A stretch of 64,000 nucleotides of DNA, taken from contig CBDCJH010000002.1 of NCBI GenBank assembly GCA_965217775.1, positions 1,920,001 to 1,984,000 on the forward strand. The letters are read 5' to 3'. This document shows positions 40,901 to 50,711 of this stretch, in pieces. The DNA comes from Acidobacteriota bacterium (lineage in GTDB: Bacteria; Acidobacteriota; UBA6911; RPQK01; JAJDTT01). Each line of letters opens with the position of its first letter. Position 1 is the stretch's first letter. Position numbers and translations under genes: made by a program. The notes under the pieces are model-generated. The model was given only the letters and a program-made list of their open reading frames with translations, did not search any database and was not told the origin of the DNA.

Positions 40901-41408
40901 GGATCCGAAGCCGTACGGACCCTCCATTCCCGTCTACCACGAGATCGGGAAGCTCAAGAGCAAAGGGCTCCAGCCGTCCGGGCCCTTGGATGGCGCCGGG
41001 AGACGCAGCATCTACCAGGAGATCAGGCGCAATGCTTACAATCCCTTTCTGGAAGCGTTCGGCCTGCCCAAACCTGCCAGCACTCTGGGGCAACGGGACC
41101 AGACCAACGTCCCGGCTCAATCCCTGACCCTTCTCAACAGCCCATTCGCCTGGCATCAGGCCGAGGCGTGGGGCAAACATCTGGCCGCCGGGGAGGGCAA
41201 CACGGCCACCTCCCGCATCCACCACATGTTCCTCAAGGCCTTGGGCCGGGAACCCTCCGCTCTCGAGGCGGCCCGAGCCGAGGAGTATCTCTCCACGCTG
41301 ATCGCCGAGAGGAAGACTCGGGAGCATCTGATCCTCACCGACCGCCGGATCTGGACCGACCTCGCCCATGCCCTCTTCAACTTGAAGAGCTTCATCTACC
41401 TGCAATAG
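37983..41408 (+). CDS. PSD1 / planctomycete cytochrome c domain protein (PSCyt1-DUF1549-DUF1553), copy A
   Basis: Signal peptide; CYECH and CARCH heme motifs; HWAWQP, GEHWARHWMD, NPLTARVMVNRIW, PTHPELLDHLA. Confidence 0.93.
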   Translation: MKVLSVSISAGFPLLVCLTAALASETEPASLEFFEKEIRPLLANHCYECHSAETATPFAGLRLDRRDDLIKGGVSGPAIVAGKPDESPLIHRVQGRPALMPPTGALSDAQIQSLIEWVRMGAPWTDPAATSADSGEGFHLEARKRSHWAWQPVRSVSPPAVNDTNWPLHPMDRFILARLEQEGLEPAPAADRHTLIRRLSYDLRGLPPLPGEVQAFVADPSPRAYEALVDDYLDSPHFGEHWARHWMDLVRYSESHGSEGDPDTPYAWRYRDYLIRALNADIPYNQLIREHLAGDLLPSPRMNPALGINESLLATAHFRMVEHGFQPVDPLEDRIKWTDNQVDVLSKAFQGLTISCARCHDHKFDAISQEDYYAIFGVLYGARPTQRAVDDPERLDWGRNELTGLKEEIRQELAGAWIREASALSSKLLETPHEAFTNPPDSPCKPASPPDSSDDPAAPETAVAAVETDETEGSGTAASAAGQAWNQALAKARCEPGSPLAAWVRLAGKEGDDFRQEWAALKEEWNARIRTGKAFNREHFQVRWDLSGPDYGKWIGHGAGLPAEPSRPGEFSVGANGKRILNGIYPGGVYTHLLSDKHNGVIQSPRFTIDTNFISLSVLGSDFSFAQLIMENYAVPRGLIFHMRHVPKTDRMEWVQWDVAYWKGFTAYIELATRDDVTNIYYDPKKFKTQPEERTDGRSAIGASRILFHETKETPRETRPSLLYLLRGAAPRSPADLARRMGRRLVEAIEAWRDGGASELQAAYLDAFVRADLLTRSRDRLPSVDALLTQFREIEAQVPVPRRAPSVLDEAAPDHPFLVRGDQDARGAPVPRRYLAALDSVPYTDPGRVRLGLAQDLASRGNPLTARVMVNRIWRYLFGYGIVRTTDNFGKLGDPPTHPELLDHLANRFVEEGYSIKSTVRRLATSQTYRMSSGASADSLREDPANRLHQHANLRRLDAGEIRDAMLRVSGSLDPKPYGPSIPVYHEIGKLKSKGLQPSGPLDGAGRRSIYQEIRRNAYNPFLEAFGLPKPASTLGQRDQTNVPAQSLTLLNSPFAWHQAEAWGKHLAAGEGNTATSRIHHMFLKALGREPSALEAARAEEYLSTLIAERKTREHLILTDRRIWTDLAHALFNLKSFIYLQ

Positions 41409-41645
41409 CCGGCGCACGACCGGCGTCATCCGCCGGAGAGGACCGCAGCGTTCCGCACAAGCCGCGTCTGGACATGGGCGGGACCGGAGTATGCCCAAGA
41501 ATCGGGGAGCAATCTACGCAAGCGATTGATAGCAGGAGAGTAAGATGATCTGACAAATAGACTGTCGTTTCTTATGCCGGATCCTGCCGAAATACACCGA
41601 ACAGAGGCTTCTAATTGCAGTGTGAGAAGAAAAAGCCGCCAAGTT

Positions 41646-42083
41646 CTATAGGCCTAGCCATCGACGCTTTCGAGCGATAGCACGTGCCTTAACAGATCGT
41701 ATAAAGTTAACAACGTCGAGCGCTTCTATGCCTGAATCAAAGGATACACTTTCATTCCCAGTGATGCGGACTGTATACAGTCTCCCGCCTTCATCACGTC
41801 GCAGATATCCGCATTCGACAAGGTAGCGTCGTAACGACACACAGTCGAACGCCACACAGTCTATGGATGCATCCAGGCCGATTGAAGCAATCCATTCTCT
41901 AAGCGAACCATTCAATTCTCGTTCCGAGTACGGACTCTTGCTCTCAAGGGTTTGAGCAATTGCGCGAAACAAAATGTGGCGATCACGCTGCTTACGTGGC
42001 AATACAATCACACCGCCGCCACACACAGCGGATAGTCTCGCCTCAAACTCTCGTCGATCTACCGGACGCTGATTTCCATTCAT
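41646..42083 (-). CDS. DUF2087-like winged-helix protein, lower GC
   Basis: LPRKQRDR..., YSERELN..L, D..SLRRYLVE.GYL.RD. Confidence 0.75.
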   Translation of the reverse strand: MNGNQRPVDRREFEARLSAVCGGGVIVLPRKQRDRHILFRAIAQTLESKSPYSERELNGSLREWIASIGLDASIDCVAFDCVSLRRYLVECGYLRRDEGGRLYTVRITGNESVSFDSGIEALDVVNFIRSVKARAIARKRRWLGL

Positions 42084-42271
42084 CCTGTCTCTTACTGACC
42101 GGAAAGTATAAACATAAATTCCGTTTCTACGCGATCGCAGACGGCATCAAGAAGCTCTTGGTCGACCGTGCCGCCGGAATTGGACAACCTCGTCACGGTC
42201 CCCGAGCGAACTTGCTTCCCCTGTTCTCCTGAACCTCCAGAAAATGGGGAAGGTCCAGAAGCGTGGGAAGC

Positions 42272-42300
42272 TCGACGGATGTGCGGTTCCCCTGTAGACT
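42272..42300 (+). promoter_or_regulatory. Promoter of DUF1501 copy A, probably leaderless
   Basis: TCGACG-17 nt-TAGACT-8 nt-ATG; same boxes and spacing at 48524-48552. Confidence 0.65.
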
Positions 42301-42308
42301 GGAGGTTC

Positions 42309-43772
42309 ATGTCGAGCCTCTCACCCGGCCCGTTGCCGCCGTTTCAACCCGGCTTCTCCCGGCGGGAGATGCTGCGGCGCACCTCCACGGGATTCGGAAT
42401 GCTGGCCCTGTCGGCCCTCATGGCCGACCCGGCATACGCCGGCTTGGCCCCCTCTGCTCCCAAGGATCCGCTGGCGCCCAAACCGGGCCATTACAAGCCC
42501 CGGGTTCGCAACGTCATCTTCTGCTACCTGTCGGGAGGGCTTTCCCACGTCGACTCCTTCGATCCCAAACCCCGCTTGGACAAGGAAGCCGGCGAGCCGA
42601 TGCCGTTCAAGACCGAACGGACCATGTTCAACCTGGACGGGAACATCATGCCCAGTCCCTGGAAGTTCAAACGTTACGGGAGCAGCGGAATCCCCGTCAG
42701 TGACCTCTTTCCCCACATCGGCAGCGTGGCCGACGAGTTGACGGTGATCCGTTCCATGACCGCCAAGTTCATGGCCCACGCCCAGGCCAATTTTTACTTC
42801 CACTCCGGGACGCCCTTCGCCGGGTTCCCCAGCATGGGCGCCTGGATCAGCTACGGCCTGGGCAGTGAGAACCGGAACCTGCCCGGATTCGTGGTGCTGG
42901 GCAGCGGCGGAATCCCTCTCGGAGGCATCAACATCTTCGGGAACGGTTTCCTGTCGGCTGTCCACCAGGGTTCGTTCATCTTTCCCCAACGCCAGGATCC
43001 TCTCGGCAACATCCGTCCCCGCGAATCCGGCCCCCTCCAGCGGCGAAAGATCTCGTTCATCAACGACCTGGATCAGGAATTCCTGGCGGGTACCGCCGGA
43101 CACTCCCAAGTCGAAGCCGCCATCCGCAACTACGAGACCGCTTACCGGATGCAGAGTTCGGTGCCCGAACTGGTGGACCTGAGTGGAGAGACTCCTGCCA
43201 CACGCAGACTGTATGGCATCGATTCCGCGAATCCGGCCAAAGCAGCCTACGCCCGCCAGTGCCTGGTGGCCCGGCGGCTCGTGGAACGGGGAGTCCGTTT
43301 CGTGGAGCTCACCATGGTCCGGGGCGACGGCAAGGGGGGCATGAGCAACCCGTGGGACCAGCACGCCAAGCTGGTTCACGGGCACGGCTCCAACGCCCTG
43401 GCGGTGGACCAGCCGGTGGCGGCCCTGATCAAGGATCTCAAGGCCCGGGGTCTCCTGGACGAGACCTTGGTCATCTTCTCGGGCGAGTTCGGCCGGACGC
43501 CGTTCGTTCAGGGCAAGGACGGCCGGGACCACAACCCCTTCGGTTTCAGCCTCTGGCTGGCCGGCGGCGGCCTCAAGAAGGGATTCATCTACGGCGCCAC
43601 CGACGAATACGGCTACCGGGTCGTGGAGAACCGGCAGACCATCCACGATCTCCACGCCACCATCCTCCACCTCATGGGACTCGATCACCAGGCGCTCAGC
43701 TACCACTTCGGCGGAAGAGACTTCCGTCTCACCGACGTCCACGGGCACGTGATCCAGGGTATTCTGGCCTGA
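42309..43772 (+). CDS. DUF1501 family protein with Tat-like signal, copy A
   Basis: [51 protein letters not shown]. Confidence 0.93.
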   Translation: MSSLSPGPLPPFQPGFSRREMLRRTSTGFGMLALSALMADPAYAGLAPSAPKDPLAPKPGHYKPRVRNVIFCYLSGGLSHVDSFDPKPRLDKEAGEPMPFKTERTMFNLDGNIMPSPWKFKRYGSSGIPVSDLFPHIGSVADELTVIRSMTAKFMAHAQANFYFHSGTPFAGFPSMGAWISYGLGSENRNLPGFVVLGSGGIPLGGINIFGNGFLSAVHQGSFIFPQRQDPLGNIRPRESGPLQRRKISFINDLDQEFLAGTAGHSQVEAAIRNYETAYRMQSSVPELVDLSGETPATRRLYGIDSANPAKAAYARQCLVARRLVERGVRFVELTMVRGDGKGGMSNPWDQHAKLVHGHGSNALAVDQPVAALIKDLKARGLLDETLVIFSGEFGRTPFVQGKDGRDHNPFGFSLWLAGGGLKKGFIYGATDEYGYRVVENRQTIHDLHATILHLMGLDHQALSYHFGGRDFRLTDVHGHVIQGILA

Positions 43773-43777
43773 TACGA

Positions 43778-43804
43778 GTAGGAGGGGGGACATTCATGTC
43801 CTCC
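43778..43804. repeat. GTAG-type REP-like palindrome
   Basis: GTAGGAGGGGGGACATTCATGTCCTCC; similar copies at 50051 and 50712. Confidence 0.6.
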
Positions 43805-43819
43805 ATTTCGGCGCAGGTC

Positions 43820-46800
43820 ATGAAGAGTTTATCGTCAAGCTTGAGCGCAGGTTCCGCGTTCTTCGTCTGCCTGACCGCCGCTCTGGCTTCTCCTACTGAT
43901 CCCGCCTCCCTGGAATTCTTCGAAAAAGAGGTTCGCCCCCTGCTGGCCAACCAATGCTACGAATGCCACAGCGCCCAGACGGCGACGCCATTTGCCGGAT
44001 TGCGCGTGGACCGGCGCGAAGACCTGATCAAGGGAGGCGTCTCGGGACCAGCCGTGGTTCCGGGCAAACCGGAAGAAAGCCCCTTGATCCACCGCATCCA
44101 AGGCCGGCCCGCACTGATGCCGCCCACCGGTGCCCTGTCGGATGCCCAGGTCCTGTCGCTGATCGAATGGGTGAAGATGGGAGCCCCTTGGACCGATTCT
44201 GCGGAGGCCTCCCAGGCGCCGGCCGACGGTTTCGACCTGGAAGCTCGCAAACGCAGCCACTGGGCCTGGCAGCCGGTACGGTCCGTCCCGCCGCCTGTGG
44301 TGGCCGACACCAATTGGCCACTTCATCCTATGGACCGGTTCATTCTGGACCGGCTGGAGCAGGAGGGCTTGGAACCAGCGCGGGCGGCGGACCGGTACAC
44401 GCTGATCCGGCGCCTTTCCTACGATCTGCGAGGACTTCCACCCCTCCCGGGAGAGGTCCACGCTTTCGTCTCCGACTCCTCTCCACGAGCTTACGAAAAT
44501 CTGGTGGACGACTTCCTGGAATCGCCCCACTTCGGAGAACACTGGGCCCGCCACTGGATGGACGTGATCCGCTATGCCGAATCCCACGGCAGTCAGGGTG
44601 ACCCCAAGGCGCCTAACGCTTGGCGCTACCGCGACTACCTGATTCGAGCGCTGAACGCCGACGTCCCCTACGACCGGTTGATCCGGGAACACCTGGCGGG
44701 GGACCTGCTTCCCTCCCCCAGGATGAATCCGGCCCTGGGGATCAACGAGTCCCTCTTGGCCACGGCTCACTTCCGCATGGTGGAACACGGATACCAGCCG
44801 GTGGACCCGCTGGGAGATCGCATCAAGTGGACCGACAACCAGGTCGACGTCGTTTCCAAGGCGTTTCAGGGGCTCACCATCTCGTGCGCCCGCTGCCACG
44901 ATCACAAGTTTGACGCCATCAGCCAAGAGGACTACTACGCCCTGTACGGAGTGCTCTACGGAGCCCGGCCGACGCAGCGGGCCATCGACGACCCGGAGCG
45001 ACTCGATTGGGGCCGGGGTCAACTCTCGGAGTTGAAGGAGGAAATCCGCCGGAAGCTGGCTGGCATCTGGATCGGGGAGGCGTCATCCCTGGCCTCCAAT
45101 CTGCTGGAAACACCGCAGGAAACCTTCAGCAACCCGACTGACTCTCCTTGCAAGCCTGAAGAGTCAGCGGACGCTGCCACTGATCCGGCGGCCCCCGAGG
45201 CCGAAGTGGATCCGGTCGAATCGGGCGAGACCAAGGTTGCCGGGACCGAGGCACCGGCCGCCGTCCAAGCGCTGACTCGGGCGCTGGAGGAGGCGGGGTG
45301 CGAACCTGGCAGTCCCCTGGCAGCGTGGGTTCGCTTGGCCGGCAAGGAGGGTGCCGAGTTCCGCCAGGAATGGGTCGCCTTGAAGGAGGAATGGGACAAC
45401 AGGAACCGCACCGACAGGGCCTTTAACCGGGATCACTTTCAGATCCGCTGGGATCTGTCCGGCCCCGATTACGCGGAGTGGATCGGACACGGCACCGGAC
45501 TTCCTCCCGAACCGTCTCCGCCCGGCGAGTTCTCTGTGGCTGCCCAAGGGAAACGGATCATCAACGGCATCTATCCCGGGGGTGTCTACACCCATCTCCT
45601 GTCCGGCAAGCACAACGGCGTGATCCAGTCGCCCCGCTTTACCATCGACAGCAACTTCATCAGCCTCAGCGTCCTCGGATCCGACTTCAGCTTCGCCCAG
45701 TTGATCGTGGAGAACTACGCCGTCCCCCGAGGCGGCATCTACCACATGCGGCACAACCTCAAAACGGACCGGATGGAGTGGGTTCAATGGGACGTGGCCT
45801 ATTGGAAAGGATTCTCCGCCTATATCGAGTTGGCCACCCGGGACGACGTCACACTCACCAGATACGACTCCACCGAGACCAGAACCAAGGCGGAGAAGCT
45901 CACCGACGGCCGTTCCGCCATCGGCGCCAGCCGGATCCTGTTTCACGAGACCAAGGAGACACCCAGAGAAACGCGCCCGGCGCTTCTCTATCTGCTCCGG
46001 GGCCTGCCGCCCCGCTCAGCCGCCGATCTGGCCGAGCGATTGGGCCGACGCCTGGTGGAGGCCGTCGAAGCCTGGCGGGACGGCGGCGCATCCGAGCTCC
46101 AGGCCGCATATCTGGACGCTTTCGTCCGGTCCGAACTGCTGCCCCGGTCCCTGGACCGGCTCCCCGCCCTGGATTCCCTCGTGAGCCAATATCGGGAAGT
46201 CGAGTCCAAAGTGCCGGTTCCCCGGCGCGCACCTTCCATCCTGGACGAAGCGGCGCCGGATCATCCCTTCCTGGTCCGCGGGGACCAGGATGCGCATGGC
46301 GTACCGGTCCCCAGACGCTATCTTTCGGCCCTTGGGAGCCTCCCCTACCCCGATCGGGGACGGGTCCGCCTGGACTTGGCCCGGGACCTCACTTCGGCCG
46401 ACAACCCCCTCACCTCCCGGGTGATGGTCAACCGCATCTGGCGCTACCTGTTCGGATACGGCTTGGTGCGCACCCCGGACAACTTCGGAAAGCTGGGCGA
46501 CCCGCCCGCCCATCCGGAGCTTCTGGATCATCTGGCCGACCGGTTCGTGGAGGAGGGCTACTCCATCAAGAGCATGGTGCGCCGGCTGGCCACATCTCGG
46601 ACCTACCGCATGAACAGCCAGGGATCCGCGATGGCGCTCCGAGTGGACCCCGCCAACCGGCTCCACCAACATGCCAACCTGAGACGGCTGGAGGCCGAGG
46701 AGATCCGCGACGCCATGCTGCGAGTCTCCGGAAACCTGGACCCCGCGCTGTACGGAGCCTCCATTCCCGTCCAACACCAGATCGAGAAGGAAAAGAGCAC

Positions 46801-47245
46801 GGGACTCGGGCCGTCTGGCCTCCTGGACGGGGCCGGAAGACGCAGCATCTACCAGGCGATTCGGCGAAACTTCTACAACTCCTTCCTGGAGACCTTCGGG
46901 CAACCCAAACCCGCCAGCACCCGGGGGCAACGGGATCAGACCAACGACCCGGCCCAATCCCTGACCCTGCTCAATAGCCCCTTCGTCTGGAACCAGGCCG
47001 AGGCCTGGGGCAAGCATCTCGCGGCCGGTGAAGGCAACACCGTCCCGTCCCGGATCCGTCACATGTTCTTCAAGGCCCTGGGCCGGGAACCCTCCGCCCA
47101 GGAGGCGTCCCGCGCCGAGGCGTATCTCAACACGGTCATCGACCAGCGAAAGACCCGGGAGCATCTGGTCCTCACGGACCGCGACGTCTGGACCGATCTT
47201 GCCCACGTCATCTTCAACCTGAAGAGCTTCATCTATCTCCAGTAG
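43820..47245 (+). CDS. PSD1 / planctomycete cytochrome c domain protein, copy B
   Basis: Full-length paralog of 37983-41408; start chosen by homology (alternative ATG 43796). Confidence 0.93.
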   Translation: MKSLSSSLSAGSAFFVCLTAALASPTDPASLEFFEKEVRPLLANQCYECHSAQTATPFAGLRVDRREDLIKGGVSGPAVVPGKPEESPLIHRIQGRPALMPPTGALSDAQVLSLIEWVKMGAPWTDSAEASQAPADGFDLEARKRSHWAWQPVRSVPPPVVADTNWPLHPMDRFILDRLEQEGLEPARAADRYTLIRRLSYDLRGLPPLPGEVHAFVSDSSPRAYENLVDDFLESPHFGEHWARHWMDVIRYAESHGSQGDPKAPNAWRYRDYLIRALNADVPYDRLIREHLAGDLLPSPRMNPALGINESLLATAHFRMVEHGYQPVDPLGDRIKWTDNQVDVVSKAFQGLTISCARCHDHKFDAISQEDYYALYGVLYGARPTQRAIDDPERLDWGRGQLSELKEEIRRKLAGIWIGEASSLASNLLETPQETFSNPTDSPCKPEESADAATDPAAPEAEVDPVESGETKVAGTEAPAAVQALTRALEEAGCEPGSPLAAWVRLAGKEGAEFRQEWVALKEEWDNRNRTDRAFNRDHFQIRWDLSGPDYAEWIGHGTGLPPEPSPPGEFSVAAQGKRIINGIYPGGVYTHLLSGKHNGVIQSPRFTIDSNFISLSVLGSDFSFAQLIVENYAVPRGGIYHMRHNLKTDRMEWVQWDVAYWKGFSAYIELATRDDVTLTRYDSTETRTKAEKLTDGRSAIGASRILFHETKETPRETRPALLYLLRGLPPRSAADLAERLGRRLVEAVEAWRDGGASELQAAYLDAFVRSELLPRSLDRLPALDSLVSQYREVESKVPVPRRAPSILDEAAPDHPFLVRGDQDAHGVPVPRRYLSALGSLPYPDRGRVRLDLARDLTSADNPLTSRVMVNRIWRYLFGYGLVRTPDNFGKLGDPPAHPELLDHLADRFVEEGYSIKSMVRRLATSRTYRMNSQGSAMALRVDPANRLHQHANLRRLEAEEIRDAMLRVSGNLDPALYGASIPVQHQIEKEKSTGLGPSGLLDGAGRRSIYQAIRRNFYNSFLETFGQPKPASTRGQRDQTNDPAQSLTLLNSPFVWNQAEAWGKHLAAGEGNTVPSRIRHMFFKALGREPSAQEASRAEAYLNTVIDQRKTREHLVLTDRDVWTDLAHVIFNLKSFIYLQ

Positions 47246-47279
47246 GGGCAACCTGGAATCGAGTCCGGCCATCCCGCTA

Positions 47280-48140
47280 ATGAAGAAGCGCAGAAATCAT
47301 ATAGTCCCTCGGTTTTATCTGGAGAGGTGGGCTCCAAAGGGATACGTTGGTCTATGGGTGAAAGAGGAGAAGAAAATCAAGCTGATTCCTCCGAAAAAAG
47401 TACTTCGAGAAAAAGGGAAACATGAAACTGTTGATGATCTTCTACAGGTAGTTGAAAGCCATATTGCACCTATAATTTCTAAAATAGTTGAAAACGAAGA
47501 GATTCCGAGAAATTATCAAGAGAGGGAAAATATTTTAGTTTGGATATTAATCCAAATTCAACGAACCCATCTTTGGGAAAAAAAGACACAATCCCTGTAT
47601 AGAGGGATCTTGGATATGATCCGCAGTGATTCCGTTATTCGTCGTTATAGAAGAGAGGATGGGATTGGGATTGATGAGGTCATGTCTTTCTACAAGAGGA
47701 AGTTTCCGCGCGACATATTTAACTTTAATCGAATGAGGCCTGAGCTCTACATAAAATATATGAAGGATTGTCGCATGGTTCTTGGCAGGTCAAAGATTTC
47801 GATGGTTACTAGCGATGATCCAGTACTTGATATGCCAGACAAAAGGAAGAATCTGTTGGAAACATGGTATCCAGTCTCGCCTCACTTGGCGATAATTTTA
47901 GAGAAAGGATCGATAAATTCAGTTCATGATTTCCCGTCTGTGATCGATGTGTCGGACAGGGTGGTCAAGGATCGGTCTATCGGGCATTATCTGAATTGCA
48001 ATCGTTTTTTGGTGATCGACCCGAACTCGATACCAAAATATTTCTCTAAGGACGGAGACTTTCGGTTTCGAATGCCAAAAAATCGTGTTATGAGAACAAC
48101 GATTGCAGACTGGGTTCGTAGGAGCTATGCACAATATTAA
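47280..48140 (+). CDS. DUF4238-like protein, strongly AT-rich
   Basis: NHIVPRFYLERW, VTSDDPV, YPVSPHLAI motifs. Confidence 0.75.
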   Translation: MKKRRNHIVPRFYLERWAPKGYVGLWVKEEKKIKLIPPKKVLREKGKHETVDDLLQVVESHIAPIISKIVENEEIPRNYQERENILVWILIQIQRTHLWEKKTQSLYRGILDMIRSDSVIRRYRREDGIGIDEVMSFYKRKFPRDIFNFNRMRPELYIKYMKDCRMVLGRSKISMVTSDDPVLDMPDKRKNLLETWYPVSPHLAIILEKGSINSVHDFPSVIDVSDRVVKDRSIGHYLNCNRFLVIDPNSIPKYFSKDGDFRFRMPKNRVMRTTIADWVRRSYAQY

Positions 48141-48523
48141 TTCTGAGAGAGTAGGAAGCAAAATGATGAATGTTTGCGTCGAAAGGTTTGTCGATACAGC
48201 CGTACGGATGATACCGATCATCCACGAAATCGAAGGTGATGATGCGTAGCCGCCACTACCAGATTGGTTTCAAACTAATACTGATACAAAGTTAGGGTCC
48301 GTTTCTGGATGGGTACTTACGTCTCACTCCTCGGAAAACAATAGGAAATTGGAGTAGCAATCAATAGTCTCTACTTTATATGCGTCCAAAGAGACCTTTT
48401 TCCTTCCGAACGCGGTGAGGAAAAACGAAGTCCCTTGGCCTCAGATGCCAATTGCCTCCGGTTGGAGACGCCCGCGGAGCCGGCGTCCCAATGCAGCCCT
48501 GGCTGACGCAAATATACTGGATA

Positions 48524-48552
48524 TCGACGAGTGGACAATTCCCCTGTAGACT
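48524..48552 (+). promoter_or_regulatory. Promoter of DUF1501 copy B, probably leaderless
   Basis: TCGACG-17 nt-TAGACT-8 nt-ATG. Confidence 0.65.
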
Positions 48553-48560
48553 GGATCTCG

Positions 48561-50024
48561 ATGCGGCCTGTGCCACACTACACCGCGCTCCGATACCCAC
48601 CCGGATTCTCCCGGCGCGATATGCTGCGGCGGACATCCACCGGATTCGGGATGCTGGCCCTCTCGGCCCTCATGGCCGACCCCGCATACGCGGGCCTGGC
48701 ACCCTCCCCTCCCGAGAATCCCTTGGCCCCCAGGCGGGGGCATCACCAGCCTCGGGTCAAGAACGTCATTTTCTGCTATCTGTCGGGGGGCCTGTCCCAG
48801 ATAGATTCCTTCGATCCCAAGCCCCGGCTGGACAAGGAAGCGGGCGAACCCATGCCGTTCAAAACCGAACGGACCATGTTCAACCTGGACGGCAACATCT
48901 TTCCCAGTCCGTGGAAATTCAATCGCTATGGCAGCAGCGGAATCCCGGTCAGCGACCTGTTTCCCCACATCGGCAGCGTCGCCGACGAGTTGACGGTGAT
49001 CCGCTCCATGACCGCCAAGTTCATGTCCCACGCCCAGGCCAACTTCTATTTTCACTGCGGGACGCCCTTCGCCGGGTTTCCCAGCATGGGCGCCTGGATC
49101 AGCTACGGCCTGGGCAGCGAGAACCGGAACCTGCCCGGATTCGTGGTGTTGGGCAGCGGAGGGATCCCGCTGGGGGGCGTCACCATCTTCGGCAACGGAT
49201 TCCTGTCGGCCGTCCATCAAGGCTCGTTCATCTATCCCGAACGTAAAGAACCTCTCGGCAACATCCGTCCCCGGGAATCGGACCTCCGCCAGCGACAGAG
49301 GATGTCTGTGATCGACGACCTGGACCGGGAATTTCTGGCTGCTGCCGGCGGCCACTCGCAGGTTGAAGCCGCCATCCGGAACTACGAGACCGCCTACCGC
49401 ATGCAGAGCTCGGTGCCCGAGCTGGTGGACCTGAGTGGAGAGACCCTGGCCACCCGCAAGCTGTACGGTGTCGACTCCGCGGTTCCGGCCAAGGCGGCCT
49501 ATGCGCGCCAGTGCCTGGTGGCGCGAAGGCTGGTGGAACGCGGCGTGCGTTTCGTCGAGCTCACCACGGTCCGAGGCGGCGGCGAGGCCATAGATGCCAA
49601 TCCCTGGGACCAGCACACCAAGTTGATCGAAGGGCACAGCGCCAACGCCCTGGTGGTGGACCAGCCGGTGGCGGCTCTGATCAAGGACCTCAAGGCCCGG
49701 GGCCTCCTGGACGAGACCCTGGTCATCTTCTCGGGCGAGTTCGGACGGACACCTTTCGTCCAGGGCAAGGACGGCCGGGACCACAATCCCTTCGGCTTCA
49801 GCCTGTGGCTGGCCGGCGGCGGACTCAAGAAGGGATTCATCTACGGCGCCACCGACGAGTACGGTTACCGCGTGGTGGAGAACCGCCAGACCATCCACGA
49901 TCTCCACGCCACGATCCTCCACCTCCTGGGGCTCGACCACCAGGCGCTCAGCTACCGCTTCGGCGGGCGCGATTTCCGGCTCACCGACGTTCACGGAAGC
50001 GTGATCCAGGGGATTCTGTCCTGA
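48561..50024 (+). CDS. DUF1501 family protein, copy B
   Basis: Paralog of 42309-43772 with the same length (1464 nt). Confidence 0.93.
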   Translation: MRPVPHYTALRYPPGFSRRDMLRRTSTGFGMLALSALMADPAYAGLAPSPPENPLAPRRGHHQPRVKNVIFCYLSGGLSQIDSFDPKPRLDKEAGEPMPFKTERTMFNLDGNIFPSPWKFNRYGSSGIPVSDLFPHIGSVADELTVIRSMTAKFMSHAQANFYFHCGTPFAGFPSMGAWISYGLGSENRNLPGFVVLGSGGIPLGGVTIFGNGFLSAVHQGSFIYPERKEPLGNIRPRESDLRQRQRMSVIDDLDREFLAAAGGHSQVEAAIRNYETAYRMQSSVPELVDLSGETLATRKLYGVDSAVPAKAAYARQCLVARRLVERGVRFVELTTVRGGGEAIDANPWDQHTKLIEGHSANALVVDQPVAALIKDLKARGLLDETLVIFSGEFGRTPFVQGKDGRDHNPFGFSLWLAGGGLKKGFIYGATDEYGYRVVENRQTIHDLHATILHLLGLDHQALSYRFGGRDFRLTDVHGSVIQGILS

Positions 50025-50050
50025 CTCGAGAATGGGTAGGAGAGGGGACG

Positions 50051-50078
50051 GTAGGAGGGGGGACATTCTTGTCCCCCT
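50051..50078. repeat. GTAG-type REP-like palindrome
   Basis: GTAGGAGGGGGGACATTCTTGTCCCCCT. Confidence 0.6.
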
Positions 50079-50173
50079 CTTCAAAACGCACCCGGAATCG
50101 GGAACCGAGAGGCACCGCTCCCGCTCGATGGGACATACTCCACTTCTTGCATCGCAAATAGGCGGAGGCCGAA

Positions 50174-50668
50174 ATGACGTCTTCCGATACCGCTCAAAGC
50201 TTCCTGTCCCAGGCCCGCCACCATCTGAACGACGACTACCTGCCCAAGATTCGCCACTGTCTCGAAGTGCTGTCCGAGGAGGACATCTGGTGGCGGGCCC
50301 ACGAGAACACCAACAGCATCGGCAATCTGGTCCTGCACCTGTGTGGAAACGTGAGGCAGTGGATCGTCTCGGGCCTGGGCGGCGAGGAGGACCGGCGACG
50401 GCGGCCGGCCGAGTTCTCCCAGCGCCTCCCCCTTCCCAAGGACCAATTGCTGGAAATGCTGGAGACGACCGTCCAAGAGGCGACCCAGGTGCTGGAATCC
50501 TTGACCGAACAGGATCTGGCAACGACCCGAAGGATTCAGGTTTACGACGTTTCCGGGCTCCAGGCTGTCCTCCACGTCGTCGAGCACTTCGCCTATCACA
50601 CGGGACAGATCATCTACATCACTCGTCTGCGCAAGAACGTGGACTTGAGATTCTACGACCTTCCGTAG
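50174..50668 (+). CDS. DinB / DUF1572 family protein
   Basis: NSIGNLVLHLCGN, HVVEHFAYHTGQI His triad; GGAGG RBS. Confidence 0.88.
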   Translation: MTSSDTAQSFLSQARHHLNDDYLPKIRHCLEVLSEEDIWWRAHENTNSIGNLVLHLCGNVRQWIVSGLGGEEDRRRRPAEFSQRLPLPKDQLLEMLETTVQEATQVLESLTEQDLATTRRIQVYDVSGLQAVLHVVEHFAYHTGQIIYITRLRKNVDLRFYDLP

Positions 50669-50711
50669 CCGTCACTTACGGCGCCCCGGCCGGACTCAGG
50701 CATACGATCAC

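Noticed and set aside
43259-43819. N-terminal extension of the 1328-aa ORF (likewise the ORF-track starts at 2126, 3390, 11928, 42168, 61976)
   Set aside because: These overlap neighbouring genes or non-coding DNA and lack protein-like sequence; downstream starts fit homology or RBS
41409-48523. Integron cassettes explaining the AT-rich genes
   Set aside because: No attC-like RYYYAAC...GTTRRRY structures or integron integrase recognised
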